Assembly: GCF_004210375.1 (NCBI RefSeq)
Contig: NC_134831.1
Location: forward strand, 98,959,522 to 99,023,521
Length of the DNA: 64,000 nt
DNA from: Tachypleus tridentatus
Taxonomy: Eukaryota
Direction of reading: 5' to 3'
Under the pieces are notes generated by a model that searched no databases, was not told the origin of the DNA, and saw nothing but the letters and a program-made list of their open reading frames with translations. Below, piece after piece: positions 15,001 through 30,000 of the stretch (its first letter is position 1; every line of letters starts with the position of its first letter). A program made the position numbers and the translations under genes.

Positions 15001-18000
15001 TACATATACCATAAAACCTAGAGAGAGAGAGAGGTCTAGTGTACCCAACCCTCCTGGGTATACAAATATATATACCAAAATACCAATAGAGAGAGAGAGG
15101 TCTAGTGTACCCGACCCTCCTGGGTATACAAATATATATACCAAAATACCGATAAAGAGAGAGAGGTCTAGTGTACCCGACCCTCCTGGGTATATAAATA
15201 TATATACCAAATACCGATAGAGAGAGAGAGAGGTCTAATGTACCTGACCCTCCAGAGTATACAAATATATATACCAAATACCTAGTGAGAAAGGTCTAGT
15301 GTACCAGACCCTCCTCGGTATACAAATATATATACCAAATACCTAAAGAGAGAGGTCTAGTGTAGCTGACCCTCCTTGGTAAACATATATATATACCAAA
15401 TACCTAGACAGAGAGAGGTCTAGTGTACCTGACCCTCCTGGGTATACAAATATATATACCAAAACATCTAGAGAGAGAGAGGTCTAGTGTAGCTGACCCT
15501 CCTTGGTAAACATATATATATACCAAATACCTAGACAGAGAGAGGTCTAGTGTACCTGACCCTCCTGGGTATACAAATATATATACCAAAACATCTAGAG
15601 AGAGAGAGGTCTAGTGTACCTGACCCTCCTGGGTATACAAATATATATACCAAATACCTAGAGAGTGAGAGGTCTAGTGTACCTGAGCCTCCTGGGTATA
15701 CAAATATATATACCAAATACCTAGAGAGAGAGGTCAAGTGTAGCTCTCCCTCCTTGGTATACATATATATATATACCAAATACCTAGAGAGAGAGAGAGG
15801 TCTAGTGTACCTGACCCTCCTGAATATACAAATATATATTCCCAAATACCTAGAGAGAGAGGTCTAGTGTACCGCACCCTCCTGGGTATACAAATATATA
15901 TACCAAAACATCTAGAGAGAGAGAGGTCTAGTGTACCTGACCCTCCTCGGTATACAAATATATATACCAAATACCTAAAGAGAGAGGTCTAGTGTAGCTG
16001 ACCCTCCTTGGTAAACATATATATATACCAAATACCTAGAGAGAGAGGCCAAGTGTAGCTGACCCTCCTGGGTATACAAATATATATACCAAATACCTAG
16101 AGAGAGAGAGAGGTCTAGTGTACCTGACCCTCCTGGGTATACAAATATATATACCAAATACCTAGAGAGAGAAAGAGGTCTAGTGTACCTGACTCTCCTG
16201 AGTATACAAATATATATACCAAATACCTAGAGAGAGAGAGAGGTCTAGTGTACCTGACCCTCATGGGTATACAAATATATATACCAAATACATAGAGAGA
16301 GAGAAGTCTAGTGTACCTGACACTCCTGGGTATACAAATATATATACCATAAAACCTAGAGAGAGAGAGAGGTATAGTGTACCCAACCCTCCTGGGTATA
16401 CAAATATATATACCAAAATACCGATAGAGAGAGAGAGGTCTAGTGTACCCGACCCTCCTGGGCACACAAATATATATACCAAATACCTAGAGAGAGAGGC
16501 CAAGTGTAGCTGACCCTCCTGGGTATACAAATATATATACACAAATACCTAGAGAGAGAGAGGTCTAGTGTACCTGACCCTCCTGGGTATACAAATATAT
16601 ATACCAAATACCTAGAGAGAGAGGTCAAGTTTAGCTGACCCTCCTTGGTATACATACATATATACCAAATACCTAGAGAGAGACACAGGTCTAGTGTACG
16701 TGACCCTCCTGGGTATACAAATATATATACCAAATACCTAGAGAGAGAGAGAGGTCTAGTGTACCTGACTCTCCTGAGTATACAAATATATATACCAAAT
16801 ACCTAGAGAGAGAGAGAGGTCTAGTGAACCCGACCCTCCTGGGTATACAAATATATATACCAAAATTCCGATAGAGAGAGAGAGGTCTAGTGTACCCGAC
16901 CCTCCTGGGTATACAAATATATATACCAAAATATCGATAGAGAGAGAGAGGTCTAATGTACCTGACCCTCCTGAGTATACAAATATATATACCAAATACC
17001 TAGTGAGAAAGGTCTAGTGTACCTGACCCTCCTCGGTATACAAATATATATACCAAATACCTAGAGAGAGAGAGGTCTAGTGTACCTGACCCTCCTGGGT
17101 ATACAAATATATATACCAAAAACCTAGAGAGAGAGAGAGGTCTAGTGTACCCGACCCTCCTGGGTATACAAATATATATACCAAAATACCAATAGAGAGA
17201 GAGGTCTAGTGTACCCGACCCTCCTGGGTATACAAATATATATACCAAAATATCGATAGAGAGAGAGAGGTCTAATGTACCTGACCCTCCAGAGTATACA
17301 AATATATATACCAAATACCTAGTGAGAAAGGTCTAGTGTACCTGACCCTCATGGGTTTTCAAATATATATACCAAATACCTAGAGAGAGAGAAGTCTAGT
17401 GTACCTGACCCTCCTGGGTATACAAATACATATACCATAAAACCTAGAGAGAGAGAGAGGTCTAGTGTACCTGACCCTCCTGGGTATACAAATATATATA
17501 CCAAAATACCAATAGAGAGAGAGAGGTCTAGTGTACCCGACCCTCCTGGGTATACAAATATATATACCAAAATTCCGATAGAGAGAGAGAGGTCTAGTGT
17601 ACCCGACCCTCCTGGGTATACAAATATATATACCAAAATATCGATAGAGAGAGAGAGGTCTAATGTACCTGACCCTCCAGAGTATACAAATATATATACC
17701 AAATACCTAGTGAGAAAGGTCTAGTGTACCTGACCCTCCTCGGTATACAAATATATATACCAAATACCTAGACAGAGAGAGGTCTAGTGTACCTGACCCT
17801 CCTGGGTATACAAATATATATACCAAAACATCTAGAGAGAGAGAGGTCTAGTGTACCTGACCCTCCTGGGTATACAAATATATATACCAAATACCTAGAG
17901 AGAGAGAGGTCTAGTGTACCTGAGCCTCCTGGGTATACAAATATATATACCAAATACCTAGAGAGAGAGAGAGGTCTAGTGTTCCTGACCCTCATGGGTA

Positions 18001-21000
18001 TACAAACAAATATTCCAAAATACCTAGAGAGAGAGAGGTCTAGTGTACCTGACCCTCCTGGGTATACAAATATATATATCCAAATACCTAGAGAGAGAGA
18101 GAGGTCTAGTGTACCTGACCCTCCTGGGTATACAAATATATATACCAAAATACCTAGAGAGAGAGAGAGGTCTAGTGTACCTGACCCTCCTGGGTATACA
18201 AATATATATACCAAATACCTAGAGAGAGAGAGGTCTAGTGTACCTGACCCTCCTGGGTATACAAATATATATACCAAATACCTAGAGAGAGAGAGAGGTC
18301 TAGTGTACCTGACCCTCCTGGGTATACAAATATATATACCAAATACCTAGACAGAGAGAGGTCTAGTGTACCTGACCCTCCTGGGTATACAAATATATAT
18401 ACCAAATACCTAGAGAGAGAGAGGTCTAGTGTACCTGAGCCTCCTGGGTATACAAATATATATACCAAATACCTAGAGAGAGAGAGGTCTAGTGTACCTG
18501 ACCCTCCTGGGTATACAAATATATATACCAAATACCTAGAGAGAGAGAGGTCTAGTGTACCTGACCCTCCTGGGTATACAAATATATATACCAAATACCT
18601 AGAGAGAGAGAGAGGTCTAGTGTACCTGACCCTCCTGGGTATACAAATATATATACCAAATACCTAGAGAGAGAGAGGTCTAGTGTACCTGACCCTCCTG
18701 GGTATACAAATATATATACCAAAATACCGATAGAGAGAGAGAGGTCTAGTGTACCCGACCCTCCTGGGTATACAAATATATATACCAAATACCTAGAGAG
18801 AGAGAGGTCTAGTGTACCTGACCCTCCTGGGTATACAAATATATATACCAAATACCTAGAGAGAGAGAGAGGCCTAGTGTACCTGACCCTCCTGGGTATA
18901 CAAATATATATACCAAATACCTAGAGAGAGAGAGGTCTAGTGTACCTGACCCTCCTGGGTATACAAATATATATACCAAATACCTAGAGAGAGAGAGGTC
19001 TAGTGTACCTGACCCTCCTGGGTATACAAATATATATACCAAATACCTAGAGAGAGAGAGGTCTAGTGTACCTGACCCTCCTGGGTATACAAATATATAT
19101 ACCAAATACCTAGAGAGAGAGAGGTCTAGTGTACCTGACCCTCCTGGGTATACAAATATATATACCAAATACCTAGAGAGAGAGAGAGGTCTAGTGTACC
19201 TGACCCTCATGGGTATACAAATATATATACCAAATACCTAGAGAGAGAGAGGTCTAGTGTACCTGACCCTCCTGGGTATACAAATATATATACCAAATAC
19301 CTAGAGAGAGAGGTCTAGTGTACCTGACCCTCCTGGGTATACAAATATATATACCAAATACCTAGACAGAGAGAGGTCTAGTGTACCTGACCCTCCTGGG
19401 TATACAAATATATATACCAAATACCTAGAGAGAGAGAGAGGTCTAGTGTACCTGACCCTCCTGGGTATACAAATATATATACCAAATACCTAGAGAGAGA
19501 GAGAGGTCTAGTGTACCTGACCCTCCTGGGTATACAAATATATATACCAAATACCTAGAGAGAGAGAGAGGTCTAGTGTACCTGACCCTCCTGGGTATAC
19601 AAATATATATACCAAATACCTAGAGAGAGAGAGGTCTAGTGTACCTGACCCTCCTGGGTATACAAATATATATACCAAATACCTAGAGAGAGAGAGGTCT
19701 AGTGTACCTGACCCTCCTGGGTATACAAATATATATACCAAAATACCTAGAGAGAGAGAGGTCTAGTGTACCTGACCCTCCTGGGTATACAAATATATAT
19801 ACCAAATACCTAGAGAGAGAGAGAGGTCTAGTGTACCTGACCCTCCTGGGTATACAAATATATATACCAAATACCTAGAGAGAGAGAGGTCTAGTGTACC
19901 TGACCCTCCTGGGTATACAAATATATATACCAAATACCTAGAGAGAGAGAGAGGTCTAGTGTACCTGACCCTCCTGGGTATACAAATATATATACCAAAT
20001 ACCTAGAGAGAGAGAGGTCTAGTGTACCTGACCCTCCTGGGTATACAAATATATATACCAAATACCTAGAGAGAGAGAGGTCTAGTGTACCTGACCCTCC
20101 TGGGTATACAAATATATATACCAAATACCTAGAGAGAGAGAGGTCTAGTGTACCTGACCCTCCTGGGTATACAAATATATATACCAAATACCTAGAGAGA
20201 GAGAGGTCTAGTGTACCTGACCCTCCTGGGTATACAAATATATATACCAAATACCTAGAGAGAGAGAGGTCTAGTGTACCTGACCCTCCTGGGTATACAA
20301 ATATATATACCAAATACCTAGAGAGAGAGAGAGGTCTAGTGTACCTGACCCTCCTGGGTATACAAATATATATACCAAATACCGAGAGAGAGAGAGGTCT
20401 AGTGTACCTGACCCTCCTGGGTATACAAATATATATACCAAATACCTAGAGAGAGAGAGGTCTAGTGTACCTGACCCTCCTGGGTATACAAATATATATA
20501 CCAAAATACCTAGAGAGAGAGAGGTCTAGTGTACCTGACCCTCCTGGGTATACAAATATATATACCAAATACCTAGAGAGAGAGAGGTCTAGTGTACCTG
20601 ACCCTCCTGGGTATACAAATATATATACCAAATACCTAGAGAGAGAGAGGTCTAGTGTACCTGACCCTCCTGGGTATACAAATATATATACCAAATACCT
20701 AGAGAGAGAGAGAGGTCTAGTGTACCTGACCCTCCTGGGTATACAAATATATATACCAAATACCTACCTAGAGAGAGAGAGGTCTAGTGTACCTGACCCT
20801 CCTGGGTATACAAATATATATACCAAATACCTAGAGAGAGAGAGAGGTCTAGTGTACCTGACCCTCCTGGGTATACAAATATATATACCAAATACCTAGA
20901 GAGAGAGAGAGAGGTCTAGTGTACCTGACCCTCCTGGGTATACAAATATATATACCAAATACCTAGAGAGAGAGAGAGGTCTAGTGTACCTGACCCTCCT

Positions 21001-24000
21001 GGGTATACAAATATATATACCAAATACCTAGAGAGAGAGAGAGAGGTCTAGTGTACCTGACCCTCCTGGGTATACAAATATATATACCAAAATACCATAT
21101 AGAGAGAGAGGTCTAGTGTACCTGACCCTCCTGGGTATACAAATATATATACCAAAATACCGATAGAGAGAGAGAGGTCTAGTGTACCCGACCCTCCTGG
21201 GTATACAAATATATATACCAAATACCTAGAGAGAGAGAGGTCTAGTGTACCTGACCCTCCTGGGTATACAAATATATATACCAAATACCTAGAGAGAGAG
21301 AGAGGTCTAGTGTACCTGACCCTCCTGGGTATACAAATATATATACCAAATACCTAGAGAGAGAGAGGTCTAGTGTACCTGACCCTCCTGGGTATACAAA
21401 TATATATACCAAATACCTAGAGAGAGAGAGAGGTCTAGTGTACCTGACCCTCCTGGGTATACAAATATATATACCAAATACCTAGAGAGAGAGAGGTCTA
21501 GTGTACCTGACCCTCCTGGGTATACAAATATATATACCAAATACCTAGAGAGAGAGGTCTAGTGTACCTGACCCTCCTGGGTATACAAATATATATACCA
21601 AATACCTAGAGAGAGAGAGGTCTAGTGTACCTGACCCTCCTGGGTATACAAATATATATACCAAATACCTAGAGAGAGAGAGGTCTAGTGTACCTGACCC
21701 TCCTGGGTATACAAATATATATACCAAATACCTAGAGAGAGAGAGAGGTCTAGTGTACCTGACCCTCCTGGGTATACAAATATATATACCAAATACCTAG
21801 AGAGAGAGAGGTCTAGTGTACCTGACCCTCCTGGGTATACAAATATATATACCAAAAAATACCTGACCCTCCTGGAGAGAGAGAGAGGTCTAGTGTACCT
21901 GACCCTCCTGGGTATACAAATATATATACCAAATACCTAGAGAGAGAGAGAGGTCTAGTGTACCTGACCCTCCTGGGTATACAAATATATATACCAAATA
22001 CCTAGAGAGAGAGAGGTCTAGTGTACCTGACCCTCCTGGGTATACAAATATATATACCAAATACCTAGAGAGAGAGAGGTCTAGTGTACCTGACCCTCCT
22101 GGGTATACAAATATATATACCAAATACCTAGAGAGAGAGAGGTCTAGTGTACCTGACCCTCCTGGGTATACAAATATATATACCAAATACCTAGAGAGAG
22201 AGAGGTCTAGTGTACCTGACCCTCCTGGGTATACAAATATATATACCAAATACCTAGAGAGAGAGAGGTCTAGTGTACCTGACCCTCCTGGGTATACAAA
22301 TATATATACCAAATACCTAGAGAGAGAGAGGTCTAGTGTACCTGACCCTCCTGGGTATACAAATATATATACCAAATACCTAGAGAGAGAGAGGTCTAGT
22401 GTACCTGACCCTCCTGGGTATACAAATATATATACCAAATACCTGACCCTCCTGGGTATACAAATATATATACCAAATAGAGAGAGAGAGGTCTAGTGTA
22501 CCTGACCCTCCTGGGTATACAAATATATATACCAAATACCTAGAGAGAGAGAGAGGTCTAGTGTACCTGACCCTCCTGGGTATACAAATATATATACCAA
22601 ATACCTAAAGAGAGAGGTCTAGTGTAGCTGACCCTCCTGGGTATACAAATATATATACCAAATACCTAGAGAGAGAGAGAGAGGTCTAGTGTACCTGACC
22701 CTCCTGGGTATACAAATATATATACCAAATACCTAGAGAGAGAGAGGTCTAGTGTACCTGACCCTCCTGGGTATACAAATATATATACCAAATACCTAGA
22801 GAGAGAGAGAGGTCTAGTGTACCTGACCCTCCTGGGTATACAAATATATATACCAAATACCTAGAGAGAGAGAGAGAGGTCTAGTGTACCTGACCCTCCT
22901 GGGTATACAAATATATATACCAAATACCTAGAGAGAGAGAGGTCTAGTGTACCTGACCCTCCTGGGTATACAAATATATATACCAAATACCTAGAGAGAG
23001 AGAGAGGTCTAGTGTACCTGACCCTCCTGGGTATACAAATATATATACCAAATACCTAGAGAGAGAGAGAGAGGTCTAGTGTACCTGACCCTCCTGGGTA
23101 TACAAATATATATACCAAATACCTAGAGAGAGAGAGAGGTCTAGTGTACCTGACCCTCCTGGGTATACAAATATATATACCAAATACCTAGAGAGAGAGA
23201 GAGGTCTAGTGTACCTGACCCTCCTGGGTATACAAATATATATACCAAATACCTAGAGAGAGAGAGGTCTAGTGTACCTGACCCTCCTGGGTATACAAAT
23301 ATATATACCAAATACCTAGAGAGAGAGAGGTCTAGTGTACCTGAGCCTCCTGGGTATACAAATATATATACCCAAATACCTAGAGAGAGAGAGAGAGGTC
23401 TAGTGTACCTGACCCTCCTGGGTATACAAATATATATACCAAATACCTAGAGAGAGAGAGGTCTAGTGTACCTGACCCTCCTGGGTATACAAATATATAT
23501 ACCAAATACCTAGAGAGAGAGAGAGGTCTAGTGTACCTGACCCTCCTGGGTATACAAATATATATACCAAATACCTAGAGAGAGAGAGAGGTCTAGTGTA
23601 CCTGACCCTCCTGGGTATACAAATATATATACCAAATACCTAGAGAGAGAGAGGTCTAGTGTACCTGACCCTCCTGGGTATACAAATATATATACCAAAT
23701 ACCTAGAGAGAGAGAGAGGTCTAGTGTACCTGACCCTCCTGGGTATACAAATATATATACCAAATACCTAGAGAGAGAGAGGTCTAGTGTACCTGACCCT
23801 CCTGGGTATACAAATATATATACCAAATACCTAGAGAGAGAGAGGTCTAGTGTACCTGACCCTCCTGGGTATACAAATATATATACCAAATACCTAGAGA
23901 GAGAGGTCTAGTGTACCTGAGAGAGAGAGAGGTCTAGTGTACCTGACCCTCCTGGGTATACAAATATATATACCAAATACCTAGAGAGAGAGAGGTCTAG

Positions 24001-27000
24001 TGTACCTGACCCTCCTGGGTATACAAATATATATACCAAATACCTAGAGAGAGAGAGAGGTCTAGTGTACCTGACCCTCCTGGGTATACAAATATATATA
24101 CCAAATACCTAGAGAGAGAGAGAGGTCTAGTGTACCTGACCCTCCTGGGTATACAAATATATATACCAAATACCTAGAGAGAGAGAGAGGTCTAGTGTAC
24201 CTGACCCTCCTGGGTATACAAATATATATACCAAATACCTAGAGAGAGAGAGGTCTAGTGTACCTGACCCTCCTGGGTATACAAATATATATACCAAAAT
24301 ATAGAGAGAGAGAGAGGTCTAGTGTACCTGACCCTCCTGGGTATACAAATATATATACAAAATACCTAGAGAGAGAGAGAGGTCTAGTGTACCTGACCCT
24401 CCTGGGTATACAAATATATATACCCAAATACCTAGAGAGAGAGAGGTCTAGTGTACCTGACCCTCCTGGGTATACAAATATATATACCAAATACCCAGAG
24501 AGAGAGAGGTCTAGTGTACCTGACCCTCCTGGGTATACAAATATATATACCAAATACCTAGAGAGAGAGAGGTCTAGTGTACCTGACTCTCCTGAGTATA
24601 CAAATATATATACCAAATACCTAGAGAGAGAGAGAGGTCTAGTGTACCTGACCCTCCTGGGTATACAAATATATATACCAAATACCTAGAGAGAGAGAGA
24701 GAGGTCTAGTGTACCTGACCCTCCTGGGTATACAAATATATATACCAAATACCTAGAGAGAGAGAGAGGTCTAGTGTACCTGACCCTCCTGGGTATACAA
24801 ATATATATACCAAAATACCTAGAGAGAGAGAGGTCTAGTGTACCTGACCCTCCTGGGTATACAAATATATATATCCAAATACCTAGAGAGAGAGAGAGGT
24901 CTAGTGTACCTGACCCTCCTGGGTATACAAATATATATACCAAATACCTAGAGAGAGAGAGAGGTCTAGTGTACCTGACCCTCCTGGGTATACAAATATA
25001 TATACCAAATACCTAGAGAGAGAGAGGTCTAGTGTACCTGACCCTCCTGGGTATACAAATATATATACCAAATACCTAGAGAGAGAGAGAGGTCTAGTGT
25101 ACCTGACCCTCCTGGGTATACAAATATATATACCAAATACCTAGAGAGAGAGAGGTCTAGTGTACCTGACCCTCCTGGGTATACAAATATATATACCAAA
25201 TACCTAGAGAGAGAGAGGTCTAGTGTACCTGACCCTCCTGGGTATACAAATATATATACCAAATACCTAGAGAGAGAGAGGTCTAGTGTACCTGACCCTC
25301 CTGGGTATACAAATATATATACCAAATACCTAGAGAGAGAGAGAGGTCTAGTGTACCTGACCCTCCTGGGTATACAAATATATATACCAAATACCTAGAG
25401 AGAGAGAGAGAGGTCTAGTGTACCTGACCCTCCTGGGTATACAAATATATATACCAAATACCTAGAGAGAGAGAGGTCTAGTGTACCTGACCCTCCTGGG
25501 TATACAAATATATATACCAAAATACCTAGTGTACCTGACCCTCCTGGGTATACAAATATATATACCAAAGAGAGAGAGGTCTAGTGTACCTGACCCTCCT
25601 GGGTATACAAATATATATACCAAATACCTAGAGAGAGAGAGAGGTCTAGTGTACCTGACCCTCCTGGGTATACAAATATATATACCAAATACCTAGAGAG
25701 AGAGAGGTCTAGTGTACCTGACCCTCCTGGGTATACAAATATATATACCAAATACCTAGAGAGAGAGAGGTCTAGTGTACCTGACCCTCCTGGGTATACA
25801 AATATATATACCAAATACCTAGAGAGAGAGAGGTCTAGTGTACCTGACCCTCCTGGGTATACAAATATATATACCAAATACCTAGAGAGAGAGAGAGGTC
25901 TAGTGTACCTGACCCTCCTGGGTATACAAATATATATACCATAAAACCTAGAGAGAGAGAGAGGTCTAGTGTACCTAACCCTCCTCGGTATACAAATATA
26001 TATACCAAATACCTAGAGAGAGAGAGGTCTAGTGTACCTGACCCTCCTGGGTATACAAATATATATACCAAATACCTAGAGAGAGAGAGGTCTAGTGTAC
26101 CTGACCCTCCTGGGTATACAAATATATATACCAAATACCTAGAGAGAGAGAGAGGTCTAGTGTACCTGACCCTCCTGGGTATACAAATATATATACCAAA
26201 TACCTAGAGAGAGAGAGGTCTAGTGTACCTGACCCTCCTGGGTATACAAATATATATACCAAATACCTAGAGAGAGAGAGAGGTCTAGTGTACCTGACCC
26301 TCCTGGGTATACAAATATATATACCAAATACCTAGAGAGAGAGAGAGTCTAGTGTACCTGACCCTCCTGGGTATACAAATATATATACCAAATACATAAA
26401 GAGAGAGAGAGGTCTAGTTTACCTGACCCTCCTGGGTATACAAACATATATACCCAAATACCTAGAGAGAGAGAGAGGTCTAGTGTACCTGACCCTCCTG
26501 GGTATACAAATATATATACCAAAATACCTAGAGAGAGAGAGGTCTAGTGTACCTGACCCTCCTGGGTATACAAATATATATACCAAATACCTAGAGAGAG
26601 AGAGGTCTAGTGTACCTGACCCTCCTGGGTATACAAATATATATACCAAATACCTAGAGAGAGAGAGAGGTCTAGTGTACCTGACCCTCCTGGGTATACA
26701 AATATATATACCAAATACCTGACCCTCCTGGGAGAGAGAGAGGTCTAGTGTACCTGACCCTCCTGGGTATACAAATATATATACCAAATACCTAGAGAGA
26801 GAGAGAGACAGAGAGGTCTAGTGTACCTGACCCTCCTGAGTATACAAATATATATACCAAATACCTAGAGAGAGAGAGGTCTAGTGTACCTGACCCTCCT
26901 GGGTATACAAATATATATACCAAATACCTAGAGAGAGAGAGGTCTAGTGTACCTGACCCTCCTGGGTATACAAATATATATACCAAATACCTAGAGAGAG

Positions 27001-30000
27001 AGAGAGGTCTAGTGTACCTGACCCTCCTGGGTATACAAATATATATACCAAATACCTAGAGAGAGAGAGGTCTAGTGTACCTGACCCTCCTGGGTATACA
27101 AATATATATACCAAATACCTAGAGAGAGAGAGAGGTCTAGTGTACCTGACCCTCCTGGGTATACAAATATATATACCAAAATACCTAGAGAGAGAGAGGT
27201 CTAGTGTACCTGACCCTCCTGGGTATACAAATATATATACCAAAATACCTAGATAGAGAGAGAGAGGTCTAGTGTACCTGACCCTCCTGGGTATACAAAT
27301 ATATATACCAAATACCTAGAGAGAGAGGTCTAGTGTACCTGACCCTCCTGGGTATACAAATATATATACCAAATACCTAGAGAGAGAGAGAGGTCTAGTG
27401 TACCTGACCCTCCTGGGTATACAAATATATATACCAAATACCTAGAGAGAGAGAGGTCTAGTGTACCTGACCCTCCTGGGTATACAAATATATATACCAA
27501 ATACCTAGAGAGAGAGAGGTCTAGTGTACCTGACCCTCCTGGGTATACAAATATATATACCAAATACCTAGAGAGAGAGAGGTCTAGTGTACCTGACCCT
27601 CCTGGGTATACAAATATATATACCAAATACCTAGAGAGAGAGAGGTCTAGTGTACCTGACCCTCCTGGGTATACAAATATATATACCAAAATACCTAGTG
27701 AGAGAGAGAGAGAGGTCTAGTGTACCTGACCCTCCTGGGTATACAAATATATATACCAAATAGGTCTAGTGTACCTGACCCTCCTGGGAGAGAGAGAGGT
27801 CTAGTGTACCTGACCCTCCTGGGTATACAAATATATATACCAAATACCTAGAGAGAGAGAGGTCTAGTGTACCTGACCCTCCTGGGTATACAAATATATA
27901 TACCAAATACCTAGAGAGAGAGAGGTCTAGTGTACCTGACCCTCCTGGGTATACAAATATATATACCAAATACCTAGAGAGAGAGAGGTCTAGTGTACCT
28001 GACCCTCCTGGGTATACAAATATATATACCAAATACCTAGAGAGAGAGAGGTCTAGTGTACCTGACCCTCCTGGGTATACAAATATATATACCAAATACC
28101 TAGAGAGAGAGAGGTCTAGTGTACCTGACCCTCCTGGGTATACAAATATATATACCAAATACCTAGAGAGAGAGAGGTCTAGTGTACCTGACCCTCCTGG
28201 GTATACAAATATATATACCAAATACCTAGAGAGAGAGAGAGGTCTAGTGTACCTGACCCTCCTGGGTATACAAAATATATACCCAAATACCTAGAGAGAG
28301 AGAGGTCTAGTGTACCTGACCCTCCTGGGTATACAAATATATATACCAAATACCTAGAGAGAGAGAGGTCTAGTGTACCTGACCCTCCTGGGTATACAAA
28401 TATATATACCAAATACCTAGAGAGAGAGAGGTCTAGTGTACCTGACCCTCCTGGGTATACAAATATATATACCAAATACCTAGAGAGAGAGAGAGGTCTA
28501 GTGTACCTGACCCTCCTGGGTATACAAATATATATACCAAATACCTAGAGAGAGAGAGGTCTAGTGTACCTGACCCTCCTGGGTATACAAATATATATAC
28601 CAAATACCTAGAGAGAGAGAGGTCTAGTGTACCTGACCCTCCTGGGTATACAAATATATATACCAAATACCTAGAGAGAGAGAGAGGTCTAGTGTACCTG
28701 ACCCTCCTGGGTATACAAATATATATACCAAATACCTAGAGAGAGAGAGAGGTCTAGTGTACCTGACCCTCCTGGGTATACAAATATATATACCAAAATA
28801 CCTCCTGGGTATACAAATATATATAGAGAGAGAGAGGTCTAGTGTACCTGACCCTCCTGGGTATACAAATATATATACCAAATACCTAGAGAGAGAGAGG
28901 TCTAGTGTACCTGACCCTCCTGGGTATACAAATATATATACCCAAATACCTAGAGAGAGAGAGAGGTCTAGTGTACCTGACCCTCCTGGGTATACAAATA
29001 TATATACCCAAATACCTAGAGAGAGAGAGAGAGGTCTAGTGTACCTGACCCTCCTGGGTATACAAATATATATACCAAATACCTAGAGAGAGAGAGAGGT
29101 CTAGTGTACCTGACCCTCCTGGGTATACAAATATATATACCAAATACCTAGAGAGAGAGAGGTCTAGTGTAGGTCTGACCCTCCTGGGTATACAAATATA
29201 TATACCAAATACCTAGAGAGAGAGAGGTCTAGTGTACCTGACCCTCCTGGGTATACAAATATATATACCAAATACCTAGAGAGAGAGAGAGGTCTAGTGT
29301 ACCTGACCCTCCTGGGTATACAAATATATATACCAAATACCTAGAGAGAGAGAGAGGTCTAGTGTACCTGACCCTCCTGGGTATACAAATATATATACCA
29401 AATACCTAGAGAGAGAGAGGTCTAGTGTACCTGACCCTCCTGGGTATACAAATATATATACCAAATACCTAGAGAGAGAGAGAGGTCTAGTGTACCTGAC
29501 CCTCCTGGGTATACAAATATATATACCAAATACCTAGACAGAGAGAGGTCTAGTGTACCTGACCCTCCTGGGTATACAAATATATATACCAAATACCTAG
29601 AGAGTGAGAGGTCTAGTGTACCTGACCCTCCTGGGTATACAAATATATATACCCAAATACCTAGAGAGAGAGAGGTCTAGTGTACCTGACCCTCCTGGGT
29701 ATACAAATATATATACCAAATACCTAGAGAGAGAGGTCAAGTGTAGCTGACCCTCCTGGGAGAGAGAGAGAGGTCTAGTGTACCTGACCCTCCTGGGTAT
29801 ACAAATATATATACCAAATACCTAGAGAGAGAGAGAGGTCTAGTGTACCTGACCCTCCTGGGTATACAAATATATATACCAAATACCTAGAGAGAGAGAG
29901 GTCTAGTGTACCTGACCCTCCTGGGTATACAAATATATATACCAAATACCTAGAGAGAGAGAGAGGTCTAGTGTACCTGACCCTCCTGGGTATACAAATA

